A stretch of 32,000 nucleotides of DNA from Candidatus Altimarinota bacterium (GCA_041659405.1 JBAZYK010000004.1:1-32000), one strand, 5' to 3'. Positions 1 to 8,260 are shown, numbered from the stretch's first letter. Numbers and translations: made by a program. The notes: generated by a model not told the origin, from the letters alone.

Positions 1-90
1 AATGCCAGATTAAAAGGATTCAGATTACTGGTTCGTGGGGTGAGTGATGTTGATTTCTTTTTATATCGCATTGTTCAGCTCTATGTCTAG
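1..90 (+). CDS. Possible C-terminal tail of a gene truncated at the window start (NARLKGFRLLVRGVSDVDFFLYRIVQLYV*)
   Basis: Frame 1 is open from base 1 to the TAG at 88-90; short, family not recognised. Confidence 0.3.
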   Translation, partial: NARLKGFRLLVRGVSDVDFFLYRIVQLYV

Positions 91-699
91 CGATTTAATT
101 TATTCAAACCAAAAAGCGTATGATCCTTAAAAATGTTGTCTTGCTCGTAGACAAGAAGTGGACACTAAACTAGACACGACTCGCCAAAAATAAAAATTGC
201 GAATGGCGATTGGACGCGGACTCGGCCGTATTTTTTAATTACAAAGTAGACATGCTGGACAAGAAGTAGACATTTGGCTTACAATGGCGGTAGCCAATGT
301 CTATAGTTGTCCATTACGTGTCTATAGACATGTAATAATTTTTCAATGAGTTTGTAATTATGTACGAAATAGATAGAAAAGCCGCTAGCAAACTATTAAA
401 AGTATCTGTAAGGACAGTAGACAGGTACATTGCCAAAAATAAGCTAAAAATATTTAAGCGCGACGGCAGAATTTGGCTTGATAAAAAAGAATTGCAGCGC
501 CTAAAAGGGCACAAAGAAGTAGACAGCGATGTGGACATGTCTACCCCGGCAATGTCTATAGACAGGACCCGTGTAATTCCAGTAGACACGTCTATAGACA
601 ATGACGATACTGTCTATAGTCATGATGCGGAAAACAGTCCTACAATAAGCCAAAAACGTCATAATTACAGAGTAGACAATCGCACGCGCAATGTAGACA
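84..699. repeat. Dense array of TGTCTA/TAGACA sites, including two perfect 12-bp palindromes TGTCTATAGACA (319-330, 553-564)
   Basis: Hexamer starts read at 84,148,171,247,267,298,319,325,418,520,538,553,559,583,595,611,673,694. Confidence 0.85.
307..336 (+). promoter_or_regulatory. Candidate promoter (TTGTCC - 18 bp - TGTAAT) with the palindromic operator TGTCTATAGACA in the spacer
   Basis: Hexamers at 307-312 and 331-336; palindrome 319-330; ATG at 360. Confidence 0.4.
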
Positions 700-1052
700 T
701 TTCAGAATCAACCAAGTCCGAAATCGAGGAGCAAGTATATAAAAGGCTCTTTACCGAACTCCAACAGGAATTAAAAGAAAAACAGGAACGCCTGGAAGGT
801 GCCAATTATCGTGTGGGGCAATTGGAGGCCCGTTTAAAAGACTCAGTGCCGTTACTCGACTATAACCGCGCTTTAACCACCGAACGCACCGAAAAAGAGG
901 CAATCCGCAAGAACCTCGACGCCCAACAATTCGAAAGCGAGCAACTGATCAACGCCCTAAAAGAAGAAAAGTTCAATAAAAAGGTCTACCTAATAATCCT
1001 TTTCATTCTCCTCCTCCTCCAACCCCTCTGGTTCTTCTTCCCAATAAAATAA
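360..1052 (+). CDS. HTH DNA-binding protein (MerR/excisionase-like N-terminus) with coiled coil and C-terminal transmembrane helix
   Basis: N-terminus MYEIDRKAASKLLKVSVRTVDRYIAKNKLKIFKRDGRIWLDKKEL fits an HTH/winged helix; Glu/Lys-rich heptad-like middle; C-terminus KKVYLIILFILLLLQPLWFFFPIK. Confidence 0.75.
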   Translation: MYEIDRKAASKLLKVSVRTVDRYIAKNKLKIFKRDGRIWLDKKELQRLKGHKEVDSDVDMSTPAMSIDRTRVIPVDTSIDNDDTVYSHDAENSPTISQKRHNYRVDNRTRNVDISESTKSEIEEQVYKRLFTELQQELKEKQERLEGANYRVGQLEARLKDSVPLLDYNRALTTERTEKEAIRKNLDAQQFESEQLINALKEEKFNKKVYLIILFILLLLQPLWFFFPIK

Positions 1053-1079
1053 AAGGAAAAGAAACATGGGAAATACGAA

Positions 1080-1168
1080 GGAACAGGAAAGTATAACTTT
1101 CACTGAGAGCACCTCGCAGGCGTGAGCCGAGAACTGTGCTCGAAGGGGAAGTTATACTTTCCTGTTCC
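1080..1168. repeat. Structured inverted-repeat element, copy 1: 20-bp perfect outer arms around a conserved 43-nt core
   Basis: GGAACAGGAAAGTATAACTT (1080-1099) / AAGTTATACTTTCCTGTTCC (1149-1168); core CTGAGAGCACCTCGCAGGCGTGAGCCGAGAACTGTGCTCGAAG. Confidence 0.9.
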
Positions 1169-1840
1169 CTATATCACTTTCCCCATGCCAATTTTATCTT
1201 TCAACGTATTGGTAAGATCAACCCCCTGCACACTCTGCCGCAAGCGTTCAAGTACTCCTTGAGTTTGATTAAGAGCTTCATTCAAAGTTTTCCCATCACC
1301 AATCGCTCCAATTGAATATGGTGCAGTTAAAGGTACACCATTTAGGGCAATCTGGCCATTTGGCAGCAGATCAAAGCCAACCGTAGAATTAGTTAAGCGA
1401 ATATTATTCACGCTTACAGCTTCCGCTCCTGCGCTCCACATCTCGTTTACAATATCCGTAAGCCAAATTACAGCTATCGGCTTGCCAACAGTAATTTGGA
1501 TTCCCGGACCTTCAACATCAACATGTCCGGCTAAAATCCGATCTTTTTTAATTTCATCCTGGACCGCATTCAAGGCTTGTTGACGGTTAGAAGCCTTATC
1601 CAGCTGGGACTCCAAATCTTTAATTTCAGCATTAAGGTTTTCATTTGTGGTTTTAAGAATCTGGATTTCGCGGAAAACATTGGCACGCGTATCACGACCA
1701 ATAATGTCCTGCACACCTCTAAAAGATCGTGACTGAAGAATGACCAGAAATCCCAGCAGAATGCCGGTTGTAGTAATGGCAATAATTTGAGAATTGAGTC
1801 TGCTTTTATGATGACCCGGATGAGTATTTTCGTGATCCAT
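1169..1840 (-). CDS. DUF881-family membrane-anchored protein
   Basis: N-terminal TM, coiled coil, then GPGIQITV...LTDIVNEMWSAGAEAVSVNNIRLT...APYSIGAIGD, typical of DUF881. Confidence 0.8.
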   Translation of the reverse strand: MDHENTHPGHHKSRLNSQIIAITTTGILLGFLVILQSRSFRGVQDIIGRDTRANVFREIQILKTTNENLNAEIKDLESQLDKASNRQQALNAVQDEIKKDRILAGHVDVEGPGIQITVGKPIAVIWLTDIVNEMWSAGAEAVSVNNIRLTNSTVGFDLLPNGQIALNGVPLTAPYSIGAIGDGKTLNEALNQTQGVLERLRQSVQGVDLTNTLKDKIGMGKVI

Positions 1841-1842
1841 AA

Positions 1843-2577
1843 TTATTTGGTTGAATTGGCTTCGGTCAGAAATTTAAGGCGGAAATCGCTGTTATAAACC
1901 GGTACAATTAAGTTTTTCTTTGCTACAAATGCATATTGAATTAGGGCCTCTTTAGTGCGTTTTTGTAAGTCAGGTAGCGCGGCAGGATCATGCAACCGTT
2001 GAAGAAAAGTGTCAGGATCGCCCAGCGCAATAATGGTAAAAGGCGGTAAAAGATGAAAATTATTCACTAAAATTGTATTACCCACCGAAGTAATTGATGT
2101 AGAAGCAATAATGCGCTGGTCATTAATGGCGACAGATTCAGCCTGAGCACTGAAAAGCAGATTTACCACATCACGCAAATCCGCAGCCTGAACCAGTGAT
2201 TGATTGAGTACATCCGGATTATTACGTTTCACCAAAAGTCCATCATTCAAAGTAATTTCAATACCATCACCTTTTTCCGAACTAAGACCGATTTCATTTT
2301 TAATGGCGTTAAGTATGTCCAGATTATTTTTTTCGATAGTTTGACCGGATTCGGTTTGCTTGATTTCAATCTGCTTACGAAGATTCAAAATTCTGCTTTT
2401 TAAAACAGCCTGATCATCGCTATAACTTTTCATTAATTCCTGCTGAGCCTGAAGTTCATCGTACGGGTAAGAACTGCTTGGCAGAGCGCTTTTAAACTGA
2501 GTTGTCACCAAAAGACCAACCATCACGCCCGTCAGAATAAAAACCAGCTGAATTTTCCAATTTAAGAATTTTTGCAT
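1843..2577 (-). CDS. DUF881-family membrane-anchored protein (tandem paralogue)
   Basis: GDGIEITLNDG...DLRDVVNLLFSAQAESVAINDQRI...TIIALGDP; 2-bp gap to the next gene. Confidence 0.8.
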   Translation of the reverse strand: MQKFLNWKIQLVFILTGVMVGLLVTTQFKSALPSSSYPYDELQAQQELMKSYSDDQAVLKSRILNLRKQIEIKQTESGQTIEKNNLDILNAIKNEIGLSSEKGDGIEITLNDGLLVKRNNPDVLNQSLVQAADLRDVVNLLFSAQAESVAINDQRIIASTSITSVGNTILVNNFHLLPPFTIIALGDPDTFLQRLHDPAALPDLQKRTKEALIQYAFVAKKNLIVPVYNSDFRLKFLTEANSTK

Positions 2578-2657
2578 AAATTAATTAGAACTCCACTGCC
2601 CATATTATCACAGGCCAAATCAATGACAAAGCATTAAAACCATGCTTAAATAGACGG

Positions 2658-2682
2658 GAAATATAACTTCCCCTTCGAGCAC
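2658..2682. repeat. Partial copy of the structured element (one arm plus core edge)
   Basis: TATAACTTCCCCTTCGAGCAC (2662-2682) is the exact reverse complement of 1136-1156. Confidence 0.75.
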
Positions 2683-2716
2683 CGCCGCAAATAAAAAAAC
2701 AAAACAAAATGCTTAA

Positions 2717-2799
2717 ATGGGAATGTGTAATTTTGGCTGAGAGCACCTCGCAGGCGTGAGCCGAGAACTGTGCTCGAAGACGAAGTTACACATTCCCAT
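2717..2799. repeat. Structured inverted-repeat element, copy 2: 14-bp perfect outer arms with different sequence, same 43-nt core
   Basis: ATGGGAATGTGTAA (2717-2730) / TTACACATTCCCAT (2786-2799) around the identical core; ends 16 nt before the murI ATG. Confidence 0.9.
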
Positions 2800-2815
2800 A
2801 TAAACAAAAAACCTT

Positions 2816-3628
2816 ATGATTGGTGTTTTCGACTCCGGCTACGGTGGCCTCACAATTTTAAAAGATTTCCTGAAGGAATTGCCCGAATATGATTACATGT
2901 ATTTGGGCGATAACGCGCGCGCGCCTTACGGAAATCGCAGCATGGAGACCTTAATCGGTTTCGGCGAACAGGCTGTGGAATACCTTTTTGATCAGGGCTG
3001 CACGCTGATTATTGTGGCCTGTAATACGGCATCTTCCACTGTTCTTCGTCATTTGCAGGAAAAATATTTACGTTCCCAAAAAGTCACAGACCGTAAAATC
3101 CTCGGGGTAATAAAACCTCTGGCAGAAGCGGCTGCAAAGCAAACCAAAAATTTAAATATCGGCGTGGTTGGGACCAATTCCACCATCAACTCCAAAGCTT
3201 ACGAAATTGAACTTAATCATCTCAATCCCAAAATAAAAGTTTTCAGCCAGGCTTGCCCCTTACTGGTTCCGCTAATTGAAGAGCATTGGCATAAAAAACC
3301 GGAAACACGCATGATTCTTAAAAAATATTTGCGAAATCTTAAAGGCAGTAATCTGGATACTCTGATTTTAGGTTGTACTCATTATCCATTTTTGTACAAA
3401 GAATTCACCAAAATCATGGGCAAAAAAGTTCAGGTACTCAAACCCGGTGAAATCGTGGCAAAAAGTTTAAAAGATTATCTGCAACGTCATCCGGAAATAG
3501 AAACCCGTTTAACTCGCACCGGTAAGCACATTTTTCTTACAACCGACAATCCGGAAAAATTCAAAAAACTCGGCAGCGAGTTCCTGGAACAACCAATTAA
3601 AAATATCCAAAAATGCAATTTGGCTTAG
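2816..3628 (+). CDS. murI: Glutamate racemase
   Basis: IGVFDSGYGGLTI, YLGDNARAPYG, IIVACNTASST, LILGCTHYPFL. Confidence 0.95.
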   Translation: MIGVFDSGYGGLTILKDFLKELPEYDYMYLGDNARAPYGNRSMETLIGFGEQAVEYLFDQGCTLIIVACNTASSTVLRHLQEKYLRSQKVTDRKILGVIKPLAEAAAKQTKNLNIGVVGTNSTINSKAYEIELNHLNPKIKVFSQACPLLVPLIEEHWHKKPETRMILKKYLRNLKGSNLDTLILGCTHYPFLYKEFTKIMGKKVQVLKPGEIVAKSLKDYLQRHPEIETRLTRTGKHIFLTTDNPEKFKKLGSEFLEQPIKNIQKCNLA

Positions 3629-4845
3629 CGCAAAATCAAAATCAGGCAACGCAAAATAAATCAGAGAAAAGCCATATTTTCACTTCCAAAGAAAAACTTT
3701 TTTCCGCTTTATTTTTCATATTTTTATTTTTCGCACTTTTTTGGGATGACGAAATTTTACGTTTTTTAGGATCCGTGCGGGTTTATCCGCTGGACGCATT
3801 TTTATTGTTCCTGACCGATTTTGGCTTACTTTACAGCATTTTGGTGCTGCTGGTTTATCTGCTGGTTAAAAAATATTATCACGAATTGGCCTTAATGCTG
3901 CTAACTGCAGCCTCCGCTCTGGAAATAAGTTATTTGATGAAAGTAATGTTCCAAACTCCGCGACCTTTTGCGGCTGCGGTTGTAGCCACTATTCCCCTAA
4001 CCCAGGCATCCGGTTTTTCCATGCCAAGTTTGCATACCGCTTTTTGTTTTTCGTTGTGGCCTTACATGCGCCTGATTTTCCCGAATCGCACAATGCGTTT
4101 TTTGGGTTATGCTGTGATTATTTTGATTGCCTTTAGCCGATTATATCTTGGTGTTCATTATGCCAGCGACTTGATTGCCGGCGGTTTAATCGGTTACTCG
4201 ATTGCCAAAGTTTGGCTTTACCTTGAGCAGAAATATCATGTGCTGGACTGGTTTATTTTTCACGTTAAGGACAAATTTGAATTGCGCAGGCAGATTGCCC
4301 ATATAGTCACCGGTTGCAGCATTGTGTTTTTGTTCAAGCTGCAGCTTTTAAATGCTGATATGTTGGTTGTTATCCTGATTTTGGGTGGGGTGGCGTCGTT
4401 AATTGCCCGTAAATATCGCGTTCCCATGCTTGATCACCTTTTGCGTTATCTTGAAAGGCCGCGTGATCTGGAGATTTTTCCGGGTAAAGGTTCTTTCTTT
4501 TTGGTGCTTGGATCTTTGCTTGCCATTATGTTTTTTAAAAGAGAGATCGCCCTTGCCGCAATCACAATTATGGCTGTAGGAGACGCGATAACCACAATTG
4601 TCGGAACTTATTTTGGCAAGATTAAAAACCCTCTAAATCCACGAAAACATTTGGAGGGAACTGCTCTGGCGATTGTTGTTTCTACGCTTGCAGCCTTCTT
4701 TTTTGTCGATTTTAAAACCGCCTTTATTGGTAGTTTGGTAGGTATGATTTTTGAATCTTTAAGCGGCCGTTACATCAGCGAATTTTTGGATGATAATTTG
4801 ATCATCACCATCGTGGCCGGAGTCGCAATGGCTTTGGTAAGCTAA
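3613..4845 (+). CDS. PAP2-family phosphatase fused to a CTP-dependent dolichol/phytol-kinase-like (SEC59/VTE5/DGK1-type) membrane domain
   Basis: PAP2 motifs KVMFQTPRP, SMPSLHTA, SRLYLGVHYASD; C-terminal GDAITTIVGTYFGK...KHLEGTALA...LDDNLIITIVAG. Overlaps murI by 16 bp. Confidence 0.8.
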   Translation: MQFGLAQNQNQATQNKSEKSHIFTSKEKLFSALFFIFLFFALFWDDEILRFLGSVRVYPLDAFLLFLTDFGLLYSILVLLVYLLVKKYYHELALMLLTAASALEISYLMKVMFQTPRPFAAAVVATIPLTQASGFSMPSLHTAFCFSLWPYMRLIFPNRTMRFLGYAVIILIAFSRLYLGVHYASDLIAGGLIGYSIAKVWLYLEQKYHVLDWFIFHVKDKFELRRQIAHIVTGCSIVFLFKLQLLNADMLVVILILGGVASLIARKYRVPMLDHLLRYLERPRDLEIFPGKGSFFLVLGSLLAIMFFKREIALAAITIMAVGDAITTIVGTYFGKIKNPLNPRKHLEGTALAIVVSTLAAFFFVDFKTAFIGSLVGMIFESLSGRYISEFLDDNLIITIVAGVAMALVS

Positions 4846-4847
4846 TA

Positions 4848-5423
4848 CTATAGCTTAATTTCATCAGTCGGCCGTGGAATAATACCTCTGGAAGATGACT
4901 CTCCGTAATCCAGAAAATCGTGTCTATTTCCACTAAAGATCCTTTTTTTTGTCCTTCCTTCCGCAAGCGAAATAGCCTGAATTCTCCCTTTTGTTATCAA
5001 GCTTATCCTTGCCAATGATGATGGAGTTTCTTGGCCGTAACCAACATAAGTCACTTTCTGCCCAACTTTAAATGTTCTACCATGCTCATCTGTCACATCA
5101 TCTTGAACCGGTGACAGAATTCTATTTTGAACAAGATAAGATTCATTGGGATAGAGCCCATCTCTAAAGTAATAAATCAACTCCTCAACGCTTGCTCCGG
5201 GCTGATCATCAACAATTGGTGGATTTTTATATGCATTACCAGCTTTCCATTCTTGCACCAATTCGTGGAATAGCAGTTTTTTAGCCTGGTCTTCAGGAGC
5301 CTCATTTGCCAATCTTTTTAGAAAATTTTGCCACAAAACCGCCACAACTCTTTCGTCCATGGAGCGGATATCTTGGACAGTTATGCTTTTACTTTCGAGT
5401 TGTTCACTTGCCGATTCTTGCAT
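4848..5423 (-). CDS. Hypothetical protein
   Basis: 191-aa ORF between well-supported genes; no recognised motif. Confidence 0.6.
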   Translation of the reverse strand: MQESASEQLESKSITVQDIRSMDERVVAVLWQNFLKRLANEAPEDQAKKLLFHELVQEWKAGNAYKNPPIVDDQPGASVEELIYYFRDGLYPNESYLVQNRILSPVQDDVTDEHGRTFKVGQKVTYVGYGQETPSSLARISLITKGRIQAISLAEGRTKKRIFSGNRHDFLDYGESSSRGIIPRPTDEIKL

Positions 5424-5494
5424 ATTTTTTAGTTAAAATTTCTAATAATGGAAAGCTATATTAACAAACAATGCCCAATACGTCAAATAACGAG

Positions 5495-5522
5495 TTGAAA
5501 TTATTTAGATTTATGGTATAAT
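5495..5522 (+). promoter_or_regulatory. Sigma70-like promoter TTGAAA - 16 bp - TATAAT
   Basis: TTGAAA 5495-5500, TATAAT 5517-5522, ATG at 5563. Confidence 0.6.
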
Positions 5523-5562
5523 GAAACATAAGGTTTGATTCTATAAATCACCACATATATCA

Positions 5563-6390
5563 ATGAATGAATCCGGCAACGCAAAAAATGAAAGTTTGGC
5601 ACAGCAATTGGAAAAAAAAATACCAAAAAAATCGGCCGAATTGACTAGGGTAGGTAAAACAATGGCCTATTTAAGACGTCATTTTGGAATTGCTTTGCTA
5701 TCGACAATCGGAGCAACAGGCGCCCATCAGGCAGTGAGTGATTATGTTGATATTTTACCTTCGGCACCTGTGGAAAGTACCCAAAAAGGTACCTGGGATA
5801 GAATAAAAAATCTCGGGAAAGATCAAATTAGAAATAGTGACACAGTAAAAGCTTTGAATGAAAAAATCAAAAATATAACTTCATGGAGTGCGGCCATTAG
5901 TGCCTTTGCTCTGCTATATTTATTATTAAATTCAGGGGCAAATATCTTTTTGGGCGATCCAACCGAAAACGCCAGGAATAAAAAAATTCGTGGTCGTGAA
6001 GCGGAAGAGAAAGAATTTTATAAGTTAGTTGGAAAGACATTAGCTGAATTAGAGACAAAAATTGCAGCACTGCCACAAGCTCCAACGGCCGATGAGAAGA
6101 AGGAGTTAGAAAATAAACTGGCCCAAGTTGAAGGAAAAATTGAAACTTTAAATGCATCAACTCAACAAAATACAAAAGGATTAGTAGCCGGTTTAGGATC
6201 TCTTAAAAAGATGAGAGTGAAAATAAGTGGAGGGCCGGAACCATCTGCGCCGGGAGCAGAAAACTCAGGACCGGAAACAGCTACTGCGGGCGATGCAAGT
6301 GCGCAAGCCGAAGCCGCCGCCGCAACAGCCCAGGCCGAAGCCGAAGCTGCTCAAGCCACTGCCGAACCCGCCCAAAAAGCCCGAGGATAA
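5563..6390 (+). CDS. Hypothetical membrane protein with coiled coil and Ala/Glu-rich tail
   Basis: 275-aa ORF with upstream promoter; TM segments around GIALLSTIGATGAHQ and AAISAFALLYLLLNSG; low-complexity C-terminus. Confidence 0.65.
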   Translation: MNESGNAKNESLAQQLEKKIPKKSAELTRVGKTMAYLRRHFGIALLSTIGATGAHQAVSDYVDILPSAPVESTQKGTWDRIKNLGKDQIRNSDTVKALNEKIKNITSWSAAISAFALLYLLLNSGANIFLGDPTENARNKKIRGREAEEKEFYKLVGKTLAELETKIAALPQAPTADEKKELENKLAQVEGKIETLNASTQQNTKGLVAGLGSLKKMRVKISGGPEPSAPGAENSGPETATAGDASAQAEAAAATAQAEAEAAQATAEPAQKARG

Positions 6391-6463
6391 ATTTTCCCCG
6401 CCGCTCGACCATCCTGCCCCGCAAGTAGTTTTGTGTTAACCACTTCGCGCCACTTTACCGCCT

Positions 6464-8260
6464 CTACTCCCACTCAATCGTGCCCGGTGGTTTGTTTGTG
6501 ACATCGTAAAAAACGGCTGTAATTCCCGGAACTGTCATGATTTCTTCAGTCAGATTTTTCAAAAGTTTCAAATCCATTTCGTAAAAATTCGCAGTCATGG
6601 CTTCTTCTGAACACACAGGCCTTAGCACAATTGCCTCACCATTTTCACGATTAATGCTGACCGGAATCAACACAGTCGGGAATTGCCAAATTTGTCGACT
6701 AAGCGAATGTTTTTCCATAAATTCATTCACCTTGGCATCAGCCTGCTGCAAAAGCTTAATTCTTTCGCGCGTTAAATAAGAATTTTGCACTTTAACACTT
6801 TCAATTTTATTTGGATGTTGCAGCCAGATCACCCGATTGATTTCCTGAAACTGGTTAATCAACTTTGTCGCTAATTTACCCAGAGTCTTAAAATCGCTTG
6901 CACCCATCAAAACCAAAGGATGGCGATAAGTGCGGAAATCCCCTTGAACGCCAACACTTTGAATCGGCAAAACCTTACCCTGCAAGCCAAATTTAGCCAC
7001 TTCTTCATTGATATTTTTTTCCAATGTTGATTGATGTTCAACCGGAACAGCTTCCTGAATACACAGGCATCTAACGGCCAGCCCCGGACCTGGAAAAGGG
7101 TGTCGCCATACCAATTTTTCCGGCAACCCAAGCTTCATTCCAACCTCACGAACTTCGTCTTTATAAAGCTGAGCAAGTGGCTCAATTACCTTACCTTCCT
7201 TCATCAGTTTTTCGATTTGTTCAACGCGATTATGATGAGTTTTGATTTTAGCCGCATATTTTGTTCCACCGGTTTCAATTGTATCGGGATAAATAGTTCC
7301 CTGACCCAGAAGCCATTCTTCCGGATTTAATTTAAGTTCTTCAACAATTTCCGCTTGAGCTTTTACAAAAAGATCACCAATGATTTTGCGCTTCGCCTCG
7401 GGATCATAGCGGTCTTGTAACGCTTCAAAATAACGCTTGCTGGCATCACGCACATGCAGGTTATTAAAACCAAGCGATTTTAGGGCTTCTTCAACTTCTG
7501 TTCGCTCGTTCAAACGCAAAAAACCGGTATCCACAAAAAGTCCAAAAACACGATCAGGTCCCAAAGCCTTTTCCAGAAGCGCAAAAGCCACGGTCGAATC
7601 CACACCTCCACTCACCATCATAAACACTTTTTTCTTCCCCACTTTTTTACGAACCAATTCCATTTCCGCAGCGATAAAATCGTCAATTTTCCATTCGCGC
7701 TTAACGTTACAAAGATTCAAAAAATTATTGAGCATCTTCATTCCGGCAGCGGTATGCGTAACTTCCAGATGAAACTGCACACCATAAAAATTCTTTTCAA
7801 AATTGGCAATTGCCGCATTCTCTCCGGGGCTTTCGCCAATAACTTCATAACCGGGCGGCAGCTCTTTCACAGAATCACCATGGCTCATCCAGACAATTTC
7901 CGTTGGATTTAAGCCGTCAAACAGCCCTTTTGCTTTTGTTATTTTCATCTCGGCCAAACCATATTCACGGAAATCAGCCGGTTCAACTTTTGCGCCCTGA
8001 ACATAGGCCAAAGCCTGATGACCATAACAAATTCCCAGCAGCGGAACGCCCAATTCCAAAATACCCGGATCACATTTTAATGAGTCCTCGTCATAAACGC
8101 TTTGTGGCCCCCCGGAAAGGATAATTCCCTTAAATTCACGCAATTTTTCGGCCGGAGTATCGCCTTCAAAAATTTCACTAAACACATTTAGTCTGCGCAC
8201 TCTGTTCGCGATCAAATGGGCATATTGTCCTCCAAAATCTAAAACCGCAATTTTGTCCAT
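6464..8260 (-). CDS. guaA: GMP synthase (glutamine-hydrolysing)
   Basis: MDKIAVLDFGGQYAHLI, GICYGHQ, VSGGVDSTV, HPFPGPGLAVR, C-terminus NKPPGTIEWE. The track ORF start (8344) is probably too far upstream; ATG at 8258-8260 fits the family. Confidence 0.96.
   Translation of the reverse strand: MDKIAVLDFGGQYAHLIANRVRRLNVFSEIFEGDTPAEKLREFKGIILSGGPQSVYDEDSLKCDPGILELGVPLLGICYGHQALAYVQGAKVEPADFREYGLAEMKITKAKGLFDGLNPTEIVWMSHGDSVKELPPGYEVIGESPGENAAIANFEKNFYGVQFHLEVTHTAAGMKMLNNFLNLCNVKREWKIDDFIAAEMELVRKKVGKKKVFMMVSGGVDSTVAFALLEKALGPDRVFGLFVDTGFLRLNERTEVEEALKSLGFNNLHVRDASKRYFEALQDRYDPEAKRKIIGDLFVKAQAEIVEELKLNPEEWLLGQGTIYPDTIETGGTKYAAKIKTHHNRVEQIEKLMKEGKVIEPLAQLYKDEVREVGMKLGLPEKLVWRHPFPGPGLAVRCLCIQEAVPVEHQSTLEKNINEEVAKFGLQGKVLPIQSVGVQGDFRTYRHPLVLMGASDFKTLGKLATKLINQFQEINRVIWLQHPNKIESVKVQNSYLTRERIKLLQQADAKVNEFMEKHSLSRQIWQFPTVLIPVSINRENGEAIVLRPVCSEEAMTANFYEMDLKLLKNLTEEIMTVPGITAVFYDVTNKPPGTIEWE

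Noticed and set aside
314-601. Track ORF on the minus strand rich in MSID/VDMST
   Set aside because: Antisense of the HTH gene; its repeated peptides are a side effect of the palindromic TGTCTATAGACA motif.
84-699. CRISPR array
   Set aside because: The repeated hexamers are short, irregularly spaced and on both strands, and no cas genes are nearby.
1097-1148. CTGAGA in the structured element resembles the TPP riboswitch signature
   Set aside because: The other required TPP motifs (e.g. GGAUAAUGCCAGCG-type P4/P5 sequence) are absent and the core folds as a simple hairpin with a GUGA loop.
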